DNA of 64,000 nucleotides from Cyanobium sp. (GTDB lineage Bacteria > Cyanobacteriota > Cyanobacteriia > PCC-6307 > Cyanobiaceae). The stretch is taken from assembly GCA_044233545.1 (NCBI GenBank), contig JBIIJV010000001.1:3263-67262 (forward strand). The letters run 5' to 3'. The notes under the pieces are model-generated. The model saw only the letters and a program-made list of their open reading frames with translations, was not told the origin of the DNA and searched no databases. Numbering within the stretch: position 1 is the stretch's first letter; each line of letters begins with the position of its first letter. The position numbers were made by a program, and so were the translations under genes. Positions 1 through 9,251 of the stretch are shown one piece after another.

Positions 1-1
1 A

Positions 2-262
2 TTGCAATTGGGCGATGGCAATCGCAGCTATGTCGTCGAACTGGCCTGCGTGCATGTGTTGCCTGATTCCCAGCAGCAGGCCACGGCGTGGTTGCGACAA
101 CAACTGCCGCGCCATAGCCGCGTCAATCTGCGGCCCCTGGGCCAGCGCGAAGGGGTGCTTTTGGCCAGGATCAGTCGCCTTGATGGCGGCGCCCCCCAGG
201 ATCTGGCCGACGCCATGATTGGCACCGGGCTGGCCGAACCCCAACCTTGCTCGCCGGCCTGA
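2..262 (+). CDS. Partial CDS (3' end, enters from left edge); possibly a thermonuclease (SNase)-like fold protein
   Basis: Open frame from the window edge. The C-terminal pattern ...VNLRPLG..EGVLLARI....DLADAMIGTGLAEP loosely resembles SNase-family ends. Weak assignment. Confidence 0.3.
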   Translation: MQLGDGNRSYVVELACVHVLPDSQQQATAWLRQQLPRHSRVNLRPLGQREGVLLARISRLDGGAPQDLADAMIGTGLAEPQPCSPA

Positions 263-477
263 ACGACGCCATGGGATTGAACCGGACCGCCAAGGGAATC
301 GTGCTGCTGCCCAGCCTGCTGTTGGGGGGCGCTTTTTTGGCGGCGGCCTCCTGGCTTGATGGTCCCGCGGCCCAGAACCGCCCCCTGGCCATTGGCCTGG
401 GCATTGTGCTGATGGGGGCGGGCCTGCTGACCCAACTGCTGCCGGAGCCCCCCCAGGCACCACCGCCGTCCGAGTGA
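247..477 (+). CDS. Small membrane protein (two predicted hydrophobic helices, Pro-rich tail)
   Basis: 76-aa ORF with GIVLLPSLLLGGAFLAAASWL and LAIGLGIVLMGAGLLTQLL segments. An alternative ATG at 271 would remove the overlap with the preceding ORF. Confidence 0.35.
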   Translation: MLAGLNDAMGLNRTAKGIVLLPSLLLGGAFLAAASWLDGPAAQNRPLAIGLGIVLMGAGLLTQLLPEPPQAPPPSE

Positions 478-536
478 TTTAGGTGCCGCAGCAGTGGGGG
501 GAGTGAAAAAAAGGTCTCATCGGGCAGTCATCCTTA

Positions 537-560
537 ACCATCGGACCATCGGACCATCGG
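537..560. repeat. Perfect 8-bp tandem repeat (accatcgg x3)
   Basis: Read directly: accatcgg accatcgg accatcgg, in a non-coding AT-rich leader. Confidence 0.9.
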
Positions 561-982
561 GTGATCCAGATGTTGCTGATCACAAATTTGACCCCAGGGA
601 GGGGCCCGTTCTACTGCTTCCAAGAAACCTGCTGTTATGAGCGAGCCAATGAACTCGCTCCGGAACCTCCGCTCTAGCTGTCGCCCGGCTTGAGGCCCTT
701 CCGGAGCCAGTCTCCTGAAATGATTTCCCTATCCCGGCTACAGCGGGGTGGAGTGCTGGGGGAATTGAACTTCTTCCTGGGGACGCCAATAATTCGAAGT
801 GGGTCGCAGCCAATTCTGCAATTCTCTATGTAAACTATCCACGCTCACAATGGCGTGAGCATTATAAGAACGTGAATAGCCTGAGCAAAAAGACTTTGAA
901 CTCAGTAAAGACTCCCAAACCAAGCAGTTGCGTAAATCAAATGCGCTTGATTAATGATGAATCTTAGGCTGAAAAACGATTG

Positions 983-1264
983 CTAAGATAATGGATTATT
1001 CGGTATCATCGGCACTCTCGAACAAGATTGTAAAAATTCAGGATTGTTAACAGTGTTTAACCAAGAGAAACTCGTTGAATTGCTCGACAGATCAAATAAA
1101 GCTACTGGACGCATGCATCGGCCATTAACACATCTTTGCCTGGGAGGGCAATCACGGTCGGTTGTGCAGGCTGCTGCAGCCAGAGGAATTGAGAATACTA
1201 TAATAAAAATGGAGCATACTGCACAAATTGCACTGACTACTTGAGACAGTTTGAGTTGAGACAT
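983..1264 (-). CDS. Hypothetical small secreted Cys-rich peptide (93 aa from internal ATG at 1264)
   Basis: Hydrophobic N-terminus (VVSAICAVCSIFIIVFSIPLAAAA) followed by CTTDRDCPPRQRCVNGRC. Lies in the AT-rich region, divergent from the TPS gene. Could be spurious. Confidence 0.25.
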   Translation of the reverse strand: MSQLKLSQVVSAICAVCSIFIIVFSIPLAAAACTTDRDCPPRQRCVNGRCMRPVALFDLSSNSTSFSWLNTVNNPEFLQSCSRVPMIPNNPLS

Positions 1265-1428
1265 AATGTTTACCCAAAAGTGTTGACATGAAATTTTTAC
1301 TCTATTCCTCAGTAGATCTCGAATTTGGTCACAAATCTTAATAATAATCGCGGGATGTCTCCCCAGTCTCGCTATTTGTCTCAACTTGGCATGATAGACT
1401 TGGAAAAATTTAAGAATCTTCCTAGCAA

Positions 1429-4400
1429 ATGAAAATTCTAAAGTTACTTAGCTTATCAATCCATATTTCAGCTTTTTTTGTTATTCATTTATCTGAATTT
1501 GCCTCAGCGCAGGTAGTCCCTGGTGGGTTTAAATCCCGCGTCAATGGTAGTGCTTTTGGTGCTTGTACCTCAGGAAATTGCGCCATAAGTGGAGGCAGTA
1601 AATCGGGCAAGAACCTGTTGCACAGATTCAACTATTTTGATACACGAAACGGAGTTACCAAAATCAAGCTCGAAACCCAAGAGCTTAATAATATTATTGT
1701 GGGCGTAACGAGTGGCTCAGGGACCTTCCTCAATAAGCCCTTGACTTTGTCTTCCCCCGCTAATTTGTTCTGGTTATCACCGGGCGGGATTTGGGTGGGA
1801 AATGGTGCCATGCTGGGCAATGTGAATAACTTACTGTTGACCACGGCAATAGGCATGAAAATAGGCGGTAACACTTTTGATATTTTTAAAACGAAAATTG
1901 GTGATGTCCATTCCTTCCGTCAATCGCCCGATATCAATTTCGGTGAGCTGCGAAGCCCTGGGGCAAACGTTTCCAGCTTGGGTTTACTCGGCAAAGGCCC
2001 CATCCAGTTTGAGGGCGGGCAGATCACAGTTGATCGCAATCTGCTCGTCAACGCAACGGCTGGAAATTTAAGCACTGTGCCTGGTCACGGTACCCAACTC
2101 CACGCTGGAAGCAGTGTTTGGCTCAGTGGCCATCATATCGATCTCCAAGATGTCACCATCTCGGCGGGTAAGCCAGGCCGATGGGGTTTGGTGAACGTGG
2201 TGGGCGTGCCTTTTCAAGACCTAACACAACAAAGTTCCATTCGGCTAGATGGGGCCCTCTTGAAAGGTCAACAATTATGGATGTCTGCGGGTGCAATTTC
2301 GTTGAATAAGAGCAGCCTAGAAGCACCAAAGGGATGGATTCAACTCATTGCCAACGACGCATCGGATCCAACCAAAAGCCTGACGATTTCCCAGTCAGTC
2401 CTCGATGTTTCCGCCTACGACCTTAAGGATCTTAATGCGCCAGCTCTCAAGAACGACTCACTGCAGAATGACCTAGAAGGGAAAATGCCTGCGCGGCTTA
2501 GCTACCCTAGAATTGGTTTGCTCTCAAAAGGTAATATTAATCTGTCCCAAAATACACTGCTTAATGCTTCTTTAGATATTTCAACAATACAAGCGAATTC
2601 ATCTGTAGACCCAAAATTTGATATTAATTCTCTGGCTGACCGTAGTGGGCTAATCTTGTTAAGGGCAGAAGGAAAAATCGAACAAAATTCAAGTACGGTT
2701 TCCGCTGATGCGAGCGACAACAAGGCTGGTCGAATTTATTTTCAAGCTAATGGCACCAATGCCGCAGGTGGAATTTACCTGTATGATTCAAAAATTTATG
2801 CCAGATATGGGGCTGGAGATGGCGAAATTTCTTTACAAAGTGCTGGCGGAATTAGCCTTAACGACGCAATCATTGATGTTTCCGCAAATCGCCATCCGAT
2901 CATCGATGGTGAATCGTACGGTACAGTAGATTCTGAGATTAGGCCTTATATATTCCGGGCTGGTAAAATTTCCCTATTAAATACTTCAATTACCAATTCA
3001 ATTGAAATCACTAACCGTTCTAGCCTGATTGCTCGTCAAGACACGTCAGCAGGCGGTCTGAAAAGTCCACTTTTGGGCTACAGACATGATAAATATACTT
3101 CACGTTATGGGACTTTTGGTATAGAAGATAGCTTTTCAGTTGGGACTTCCCCCTCAACTATAAGTAGAATCAGGCTTGCGTCCGACGGTGGTTTGGAGAT
3201 TAATAATTCAAGTTTAGACGTATCAAGTGGAGAATTTCCCTACGAGAATACCGCTGGTATAATCAGCATTTTGGATAGAAGCGGTTCTGGCATCAACATC
3301 AGGCAATCATCTCTTCGCGCTTTGGCTGGAACTCCACGAAATTCTTTAAGTAAAGATATAGAATCAGGCCAAATCTATGTAACAGCCAAGGGCGCGATTA
3401 ACATTATTTCTTCTTCATTTCTTGCTACTAATTACAACGCTTCGGATATAATAGAAATTGCTCGAATTAATTTTTCTGCATATCCACTTATTGCCATTTA
3501 TTCTGAAACTGGTACGTTGGCTCTCCGACATAGCACCCTGGAAGCAAACTATATCAAAGAGCCTTATTCTTCATCCATTGAGCTCATTGGTAACAATCTA
3601 TTTCCAAAGCCAATTATCAATGAGCAGACATCATTTGATCCACCCTTGCTGCCATTCAACGCTGTCGGTTTGAGCATAGGTGAAATTGTGGAATTTCGCA
3701 TTAATGAGGCAAAAGAAAGGTTCTCGACAATCGCGAATGCCTATGGCATCACCCAACTAAATAACTATGAAGATAAAAATTTAATCCTTTCCCCTGGGCA
3801 AGTCCTGACTGCAAACCCCATACAACTCCATCACTCTCTGCCATCTAGCAATTTCCAATCGGTCTCGATTGCTATCGATCAAAACAGCGCTAGCTCCCAG
3901 TTCCTGGAGTCCCAGAATCGCACCCTGATCCAAACGACTAAGGCCTTGGGACTCCCGTCAGGTTCGGGCAAACTGCGCAGCATTGCTGAGCTGCAGCAAC
4001 GATTAACCCTGGCCAGCAAACTCGCCCCTTCCCTGGATCTTTCAGCTCTACCAAAGCTCTCACTTGCGGCGAACGAATCCCAGGCTAAGTCCATCAATAC
4101 CAATCCCCGTCCCTATACCCCCGCCATTGTGCATCTGCAACGCGATGACGAAGCCTCCGGCCAAACCCGCCTCACCGCCATTTTGCTCACGGCTCAGGGT
4201 GAACCAATCAGCCGCAGCATCAAGGTGGCTCGGGCCGATCTTGATGGCTGGATCAAGGGCTTTCAGCGCCAACTCAGCCGCCGTTCTCTCCAGCCCGATC
4301 CCACTAAAGATCCCGGCGAGCCCCTAGCCAAGGCCCTGATCAGCCCCCTGCTGCCCCTGCTGCGCGCCCAGAACGTCACGTCCCTGTTGCTGGAGGTGGA

Positions 4401-5226
4401 CCGGGGGCTGCAGGCCGTTCCCTATGCCGCCCTACCGGTGGAGGGTCGGCCGCTCGGCGACCTTTTTGCGCTCACCATCACGCCATCACTGGGGCTGATT
4501 GAGCTAGATCCCGGCCAGCGGGCCCTCCGGGGCCAAATGCTGTTAGCAGGGGCCAGCCAATTCAGCAATGGCCTCGCCCCCCTGCCCATGGTGCGGCAGG
4601 AGCTGCAGGCCCTGGCCCAGGAGCATCCCTCCCAATTGCTGCTGGATGACAGCTTCACCCCCACAGCCCTGATCGACCAGGCCCTAGGCAGCCAAGTCAA
4701 CCAACTCCACATCGCCACTCACGCCAATTTCCTGCCCGGCCAAACCGGCGTTCTATACACCCCCAACACCACCTTGAGCCTGGCGGACCTGGGCCGTCGC
4801 CTGCGCTCCCGCAACAGCAGCTACCCCCTGGATCTGATCAGCATGAGTGCTTGTCTCACCGCCCTTGGCGATGAGAAAAGCGAGTTGGGTTTCGTGGGCA
4901 TGGCCCTCCAGGCCGGGGCCCGCAGCGGCCTCGGCACCCTCTGGGAGGTGGATGACACCGCCACCGCCGCCTTCTTCATCGAGCTCTATCGCTTCCTCAA
5001 GGTCGGATTGACCAAAGATCAGGCGCTGCAGGCCACCCAGCAGGTCTTCCGGAGTGGCCAAGTGCGGCTCCAGGGCGATCGCCTGGTGGGACCGGACCCG
5101 CGCACCGGCCAGGCCCAATCCACCTTGGTGGCAGGCCTTTCCCGGCAAGAGCAGATCCTTTTCGCCCAAGGGCTCAACCATCCTTACTATTGGGCAGGAA
5201 TGATCCTTACCGGAAGTCCCTGGTAA
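1429..5226 (+). CDS. Two-partner-secretion exoprotein (TpsA-like): filamentous-hemagglutinin N-terminal (TPS) domain, repeat-rich middle, C-terminal CHAT (caspase-like protease) domain
   Basis: 1265-aa ORF with a signal-like N-terminus. TPS-type motifs: NLLHRFNYFD, IIVGVTSGSGTF, NLFWLSPGGIWVGNGA. Ser/Asn/Ile-rich repeats in the middle. The C-terminus carries a CHAT-like His (LHIATHANF) and Cys (ISMSACLTALG). Confidence 0.85.
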   Translation: MKILKLLSLSIHISAFFVIHLSEFASAQVVPGGFKSRVNGSAFGACTSGNCAISGGSKSGKNLLHRFNYFDTRNGVTKIKLETQELNNIIVGVTSGSGTFLNKPLTLSSPANLFWLSPGGIWVGNGAMLGNVNNLLLTTAIGMKIGGNTFDIFKTKIGDVHSFRQSPDINFGELRSPGANVSSLGLLGKGPIQFEGGQITVDRNLLVNATAGNLSTVPGHGTQLHAGSSVWLSGHHIDLQDVTISAGKPGRWGLVNVVGVPFQDLTQQSSIRLDGALLKGQQLWMSAGAISLNKSSLEAPKGWIQLIANDASDPTKSLTISQSVLDVSAYDLKDLNAPALKNDSLQNDLEGKMPARLSYPRIGLLSKGNINLSQNTLLNASLDISTIQANSSVDPKFDINSLADRSGLILLRAEGKIEQNSSTVSADASDNKAGRIYFQANGTNAAGGIYLYDSKIYARYGAGDGEISLQSAGGISLNDAIIDVSANRHPIIDGESYGTVDSEIRPYIFRAGKISLLNTSITNSIEITNRSSLIARQDTSAGGLKSPLLGYRHDKYTSRYGTFGIEDSFSVGTSPSTISRIRLASDGGLEINNSSLDVSSGEFPYENTAGIISILDRSGSGINIRQSSLRALAGTPRNSLSKDIESGQIYVTAKGAINIISSSFLATNYNASDIIEIARINFSAYPLIAIYSETGTLALRHSTLEANYIKEPYSSSIELIGNNLFPKPIINEQTSFDPPLLPFNAVGLSIGEIVEFRINEAKERFSTIANAYGITQLNNYEDKNLILSPGQVLTANPIQLHHSLPSSNFQSVSIAIDQNSASSQFLESQNRTLIQTTKALGLPSGSGKLRSIAELQQRLTLASKLAPSLDLSALPKLSLAANESQAKSINTNPRPYTPAIVHLQRDDEASGQTRLTAILLTAQGEPISRSIKVARADLDGWIKGFQRQLSRRSLQPDPTKDPGEPLAKALISPLLPLLRAQNVTSLLLEVDRGLQAVPYAALPVEGRPLGDLFALTITPSLGLIELDPGQRALRGQMLLAGASQFSNGLAPLPMVRQELQALAQEHPSQLLLDDSFTPTALIDQALGSQVNQLHIATHANFLPGQTGVLYTPNTTLSLADLGRRLRSRNSSYPLDLISMSACLTALGDEKSELGFVGMALQAGARSGLGTLWEVDDTATAAFFIELYRFLKVGLTKDQALQATQQVFRSGQVRLQGDRLVGPDPRTGQAQSTLVAGLSRQEQILFAQGLNHPYYWAGMILTGSPW

Positions 5227-5262
5227 TAATTCCGGTGGCCACCTCGCGCCTATTTTTACCGA

Positions 5263-6927
5263 ATGTTTCCCTTGCTGGCCCAGTTGGTGGCGCCGCCTCT
5301 GCAGCCAGGGCCCATTCGCTTGCCGGGGGCCGATCAGCAGCGATCTCTTCCAGTTGCGCCCGCCCCATCCGCCCCATCCGGGCCCCAGGCGCCAGCCCCT
5401 GTCCAGCCAGCCGCGCCTGGCCCCACCGCCAGCCAGCCGCCCCTGCGGGGCTTCAATCCCTACAGCGCCGCTGAGCTGTCGCGGATCCTGGCCGACTGCA
5501 GCAGCAACAGCAACACCAGTCAGGAGGCCCGCCTCAACCTCTGTGCCACGGCCCTGGGTTCCAGGCTGTTCGCCGATGGCTACATCAACAGCCGCGTCAT
5601 CCCCCAGCCAAACCCACCACCCGGTGCACTGGAAGTGGTGCCCGGCAAAATCGAAGCGATTCAGGTCGTCAGCTCCAGCCCACGGCTGCAGCGGCGCCTG
5701 TTGCGGCTGCTGAAGCCCATACAGGGCAGCGTGCTGCACCTACCAACCTTGACGGCCCAGCTCACCCGGATTCAGCAGCTACCCGGCGTCGGCCTGCTCA
5801 AAACAAACCTCAACCGCATCGGTGAGGACTCCAACCGCGCCCAGCTGTTGATCACGGTGGAGCCCGGCCATGACCCCCTGCGGGGTGAACTGGCCCTGCG
5901 CAATGACGGCAACGGCGGCAGCGGCCAGTTTCGGGGCCTGGCCACCTTGGTCAAGGAACGGGCCCTGGTCAACGGCGACACCCTGCTGCTGTTCGGCGAA
6001 ATCAACACCGATTCCAACCCCGAAATCGGCTCCCTCAACGGCTCGCTCAGCTACTCCCTGCCCCTGCTCGATCAGCTCAACCTGACCACCGCCCTCGGGG
6101 TCAGCCGCCGTACCTTGGTGGAGGCGCCACCGCCACTGAACGACCTCAGCTTTCGCCAACTGCAGCTGTTCAGCCAGCTGGAGTACACCCTGCACGAATC
6201 GCTCAGCGATCGCCTGACTGCCTTCGCCGGTTTGAGCGTCAACCGCAACGACGCCTTCCTCAGCGGCGCCAGCATCCCCGCCATCGTCGGGGGTGGGGAT
6301 GCCGGCTGGTTACGCACCGGCTTCGCGCGCATCGGTCTGGCCTACGACCGATCCACGGGCCCCTTGGCCTTTAACGCCAACCTTTATGGCCTGCAGGGCA
6401 TCGGCGCCTGGTCCACCGTCGCCCAACGGCAGGAGCTGCAATTTCTGGGCATCGAGCCGGATCAAGCCCGGGCCCTGGGATCCCAACTCGCCGCCTCCTG
6501 GTGGCTGGCCCCCCGCTGGCAACTCACCCTGCGGGCCGCTGGCCAGTTGGCCTTCAATCCCCTCACCAACCCCATGGGCTTCAGCCTCGGCAGTGACAAT
6601 GGTCTGAGGGGCCTGCCGGGGCAGGTGCTGAGCGGCGACAGTGGTCTGCTAGGCACCATCGACCTGGCCTGGTTGCTGTGGCGGGGTCGCCAGGACGCTC
6701 TCCAGCTGGTGCCGTTCATCGGCAATGGCCAGGTGTGGACCGAGGTGCAGGGCGCCACGATCAGCGATAGCGCTGGAGCCGGTGGCTTGCTGCTGCGCTG
6801 GATCCGGGGCCGGCATGGCGAGTTGGAATTGGGCTGGGTCAGGCAGTTCCAGAGTGGCTCTAGGGCCTACTGGGACCAATGGATCCTCGGCAACGGCTGC
6901 TACACAAAACTGGTATTTCGTTTCTAA
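5263..6927 (+). CDS. ShlB/FhaC/HecB-family outer-membrane transporter (TpsB) with POTRA region
   Basis: 554 aa with a Pro-rich N-terminus. POTRA-like segment (ALEVVPGKIEAIQVV...LTAQLTRIQQLPGV), beta-strand-rich remainder, terminal ...KLVFRF (C-terminal Phe typical of OM barrels). Lies directly downstream of the TpsA-like gene. Confidence 0.85.
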   Translation: MFPLLAQLVAPPLQPGPIRLPGADQQRSLPVAPAPSAPSGPQAPAPVQPAAPGPTASQPPLRGFNPYSAAELSRILADCSSNSNTSQEARLNLCATALGSRLFADGYINSRVIPQPNPPPGALEVVPGKIEAIQVVSSSPRLQRRLLRLLKPIQGSVLHLPTLTAQLTRIQQLPGVGLLKTNLNRIGEDSNRAQLLITVEPGHDPLRGELALRNDGNGGSGQFRGLATLVKERALVNGDTLLLFGEINTDSNPEIGSLNGSLSYSLPLLDQLNLTTALGVSRRTLVEAPPPLNDLSFRQLQLFSQLEYTLHESLSDRLTAFAGLSVNRNDAFLSGASIPAIVGGGDAGWLRTGFARIGLAYDRSTGPLAFNANLYGLQGIGAWSTVAQRQELQFLGIEPDQARALGSQLAASWWLAPRWQLTLRAAGQLAFNPLTNPMGFSLGSDNGLRGLPGQVLSGDSGLLGTIDLAWLLWRGRQDALQLVPFIGNGQVWTEVQGATISDSAGAGGLLLRWIRGRHGELELGWVRQFQSGSRAYWDQWILGNGCYTKLVFRF

Positions 6928-9176
6928 TGGCCCGTTCGTCGCCCGCCACCGGCCCCCATCCAAAAGGGATTCTGCGGCAGGGGATGACTCGGCAAGGGAT
7001 TGTGCGGCAACTGGGTCCATACCTCGCCGCATTTGGTTTGTTGCTGCTGCTGCGCCAGAGCCAACTCAGTGAACAGCTCAACCTGCTCGCCTACGACCTG
7101 GCGGTGCAGCTCCGGCCCCTGCCCTCCGGGGCCTCCACCCGCGTGCGCATCATCGGCATCGACGAGGACGATCTCAAGCGCTATGGACCGATGGTGTCTG
7201 ATGGGCTACTCGCCGATGCGATCGAACGGCTGGATCGGATCGGCGTGCGGGCCATCGGGCTGGATCTGTTCTGCGGTCAGCCGGTCGGTGCCGGCGGGGC
7301 ACGGCTGCGCCGGCTGGCCGCCAGTAACCCCCGCTTGGTGTCCGCCTACTTCGATCTTGATGGCAAGCGGGCGATCCCCGGCACTCCGCCCCATCGCCAG
7401 GGCTATGCCGATCTCTACACCGATCCGCAGGATGGGCTGGTGCGCCGTGATCTGCTGCACGTCGTCGGCATAGATCAAGCCAGCAAAGCCTCCCTGCCGA
7501 TGCGCTTGCTGCAGATCGCCAAGGGGCAGAGGCAGCTGCCATACAAGTTGAAGCAACAGCCACAGCTGGCGGACCTGGGCGAGGGGGCGGGGGGGTACCT
7601 GCCGGAGAGCCCTGTCACTGATGACAACTATCTGCAGCGCATGCTCGCTTTCCACCAGCCGGGCAGCTTCCCCCAATGGAGCCTGGGCCGCTTGCTGCGC
7701 AACCAGCTAAGCCCGCAGCAGATCCAGCAACTGCGCGGCAGCATCGTGCTGATCGGCGTGGTGGCCCCCTCCAGCAAGGACAGTTTCCCGGTGCCCTTCA
7801 GCAGGGGCCGGGCGGGCGATCAGCGCTTTGAAATCCCCGGCGTCGAAATTCACGCCCACCGGCTTGCCGCCCTGTTGGCGCTGGAGCGCGGCCAGCCCTT
7901 GGGAATTCAGGCCGCGTCGGGCTCGGTGAATCGCTGGCTGCTGCTGCTCGCCCTCGCGGTTGGCATCGTCGCCGGCGAACGGGTGCCAGGGCTGCGGCGC
8001 AGTCTCTGGGTGGTGGCATCGGGCCTTGTGCTGGCGGTGGCGGCGACTGCGGCTTTGCTGGCGCTGGGGGTGTGGCTGGATGCGGCCCTGCCCTTGGCGG
8101 CCTTCAGCCTGATGGCGGCCGCGGCTTGGTTGCGCCGCGGTGCCAACCAGCAAATCAAGGGAAAGGTATTGGAGCTCCAGAACAGGCATGTGCGCAGCCA
8201 GTTCGATCGGTTTGTTTCCAAAGCCGTGGCCGGTGAATTGTTGGACAACAGCCAGGCCAGCCAGACTAGCCAGGCAGCCAGTGAGCTTCGCACTGTCACC
8301 GTATTGATGAGCGACCTGCGGGGCTTCAGCCTGCTGGGACAGGACAACCCTCCGGCCCTGATTGTGCAGCTACTTAATAATTATCTCGATGAGATGTTTC
8401 AAGTCATCGAGCATTATGGCGGCACGATTGACGAAGTCTTAGGGGATGCCATCCTCGTGCTCTTCGGCGCGCCCCTGGTACGTGCTGACCATGCCGAGGC
8501 CGCCATCGCCTGCGCCCTGGCCATGCAGATCGCCATGGAAAAGGTGAATCAAATCAATGTCCAACAGGGGCTGCCAGCGCTGGAGATGGGAATTGGCTTG
8601 TGCACGGGTGACGTGATCGCCGGCACGATCGGCTCCAGGCAGCGGGCCAAGTACGGCGTGGTGGGACCAGCTGTGAACCTGGCCGCCCGCATTGAATCCC
8701 TGAGCGTGGGCGGCGAGGTGCTGGCGGCGGAATCAACGGTTCGGGCCACGGCCGTGCCGCTGCGCATCGATGCCGATCACACTGTGGCGGTGAAGGGATC
8801 CCAAGAGCTCCTGCGGGTCCTCACGATCGGGGCCATCCAGGGCAGGCACAACCTCGCCTTGCCCCTCATCAGCTCACAGCCCCAGGTTCTGCTACAGCCC
8901 CTGGCAGTTCGATACCTCATCTTGAAGGGCAAACAGCGGCAAGGTTCAGCGCAGCCCGCCGTTGTCACCCACCTGAGCGAACGGGAAGCCTGGATCGTGT
9001 TTGAGGGAGACCAACCCGAACTGTTCGACGACCTGGTGCTGATTTTTCCAGCCAGCAGCAGCAGCGGTGAGGTGTACGGCAAGGTGCGGGAGCAGCTCAG
9101 TGGCCATTGGCGCATGGTCTTCAGCTTGATGCCGTCTGGGATTAAGGAGCAGATTGGTATGCGGGGGGCGGCGTGA
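6927..9176 (+). CDS. CHASE2 sensor domain - transmembrane - class III adenylate/guanylate cyclase, with an unassigned ~110-aa C-terminal extension
   Basis: ATG at 6927 overlaps the ShlB stop (TAATG). The ORF track starts at 6879. CHASE2-like N-terminal half (VRIIGIDEDDL..., IVLIGVVAPSSKDSF), a hydrophobic block (LLLLALAVGIVAG...), and cyclase motifs (VTVLMSDLRGFS, YGGTIDEVLGDAILVLFGAP, GLCTGDVIAGTIGS). Confidence 0.85.
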   Translation: MARSSPATGPHPKGILRQGMTRQGIVRQLGPYLAAFGLLLLLRQSQLSEQLNLLAYDLAVQLRPLPSGASTRVRIIGIDEDDLKRYGPMVSDGLLADAIERLDRIGVRAIGLDLFCGQPVGAGGARLRRLAASNPRLVSAYFDLDGKRAIPGTPPHRQGYADLYTDPQDGLVRRDLLHVVGIDQASKASLPMRLLQIAKGQRQLPYKLKQQPQLADLGEGAGGYLPESPVTDDNYLQRMLAFHQPGSFPQWSLGRLLRNQLSPQQIQQLRGSIVLIGVVAPSSKDSFPVPFSRGRAGDQRFEIPGVEIHAHRLAALLALERGQPLGIQAASGSVNRWLLLLALAVGIVAGERVPGLRRSLWVVASGLVLAVAATAALLALGVWLDAALPLAAFSLMAAAAWLRRGANQQIKGKVLELQNRHVRSQFDRFVSKAVAGELLDNSQASQTSQAASELRTVTVLMSDLRGFSLLGQDNPPALIVQLLNNYLDEMFQVIEHYGGTIDEVLGDAILVLFGAPLVRADHAEAAIACALAMQIAMEKVNQINVQQGLPALEMGIGLCTGDVIAGTIGSRQRAKYGVVGPAVNLAARIESLSVGGEVLAAESTVRATAVPLRIDADHTVAVKGSQELLRVLTIGAIQGRHNLALPLISSQPQVLLQPLAVRYLILKGKQRQGSAQPAVVTHLSEREAWIVFEGDQPELFDDLVLIFPASSSSGEVYGKVREQLSGHWRMVFSLMPSGIKEQIGMRGAA

Positions 9177-9251
9177 TTTCTGGGGAGTGCAGGGCGAGGG
9201 GTTGGGCTGTCTCAACTGCCAGCCCTGAAGCAACAGACTTGCTTTTTGAAT

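Noticed and set aside
537-560. Short tandem repeats (8-bp x3 here; 15-bp repeats at 14530 and 31720; 22-bp x2 at 59426) as possible CRISPR or VNTR arrays.
   Set aside because: There is no repeat-spacer architecture and there are no cas genes. These are simple direct tandem repeats with 2-3 copies.
580-923. Two overlapping minus-strand ORFs (77 and 61 aa) in the AT-rich leader upstream of the TPS gene.
   Set aside because: They are short and mutually overlapping, with no motifs or plausible start context. Treated as non-coding leader.
4753-5739. 328-aa ORF on the minus strand. Similar long antisense/alternate-frame ORFs include 12545..13417(-), 13503..14264(-), 14275..15450(-), 17644..18585(-), 19949..20893(-), 20472..21440(-), 23052..23885(-), 30903..31862(+), 31471..32505(+), 35963..36910(+), 37210..37980(+) and 49056..49973(+).
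   Set aside because: They lie opposite to, or out of frame with, genes that have strong family signatures. They have Arg/Gly/Pro/Ala-heavy low-complexity translations typical of stop-codon-poor GC-rich DNA, and no motifs.
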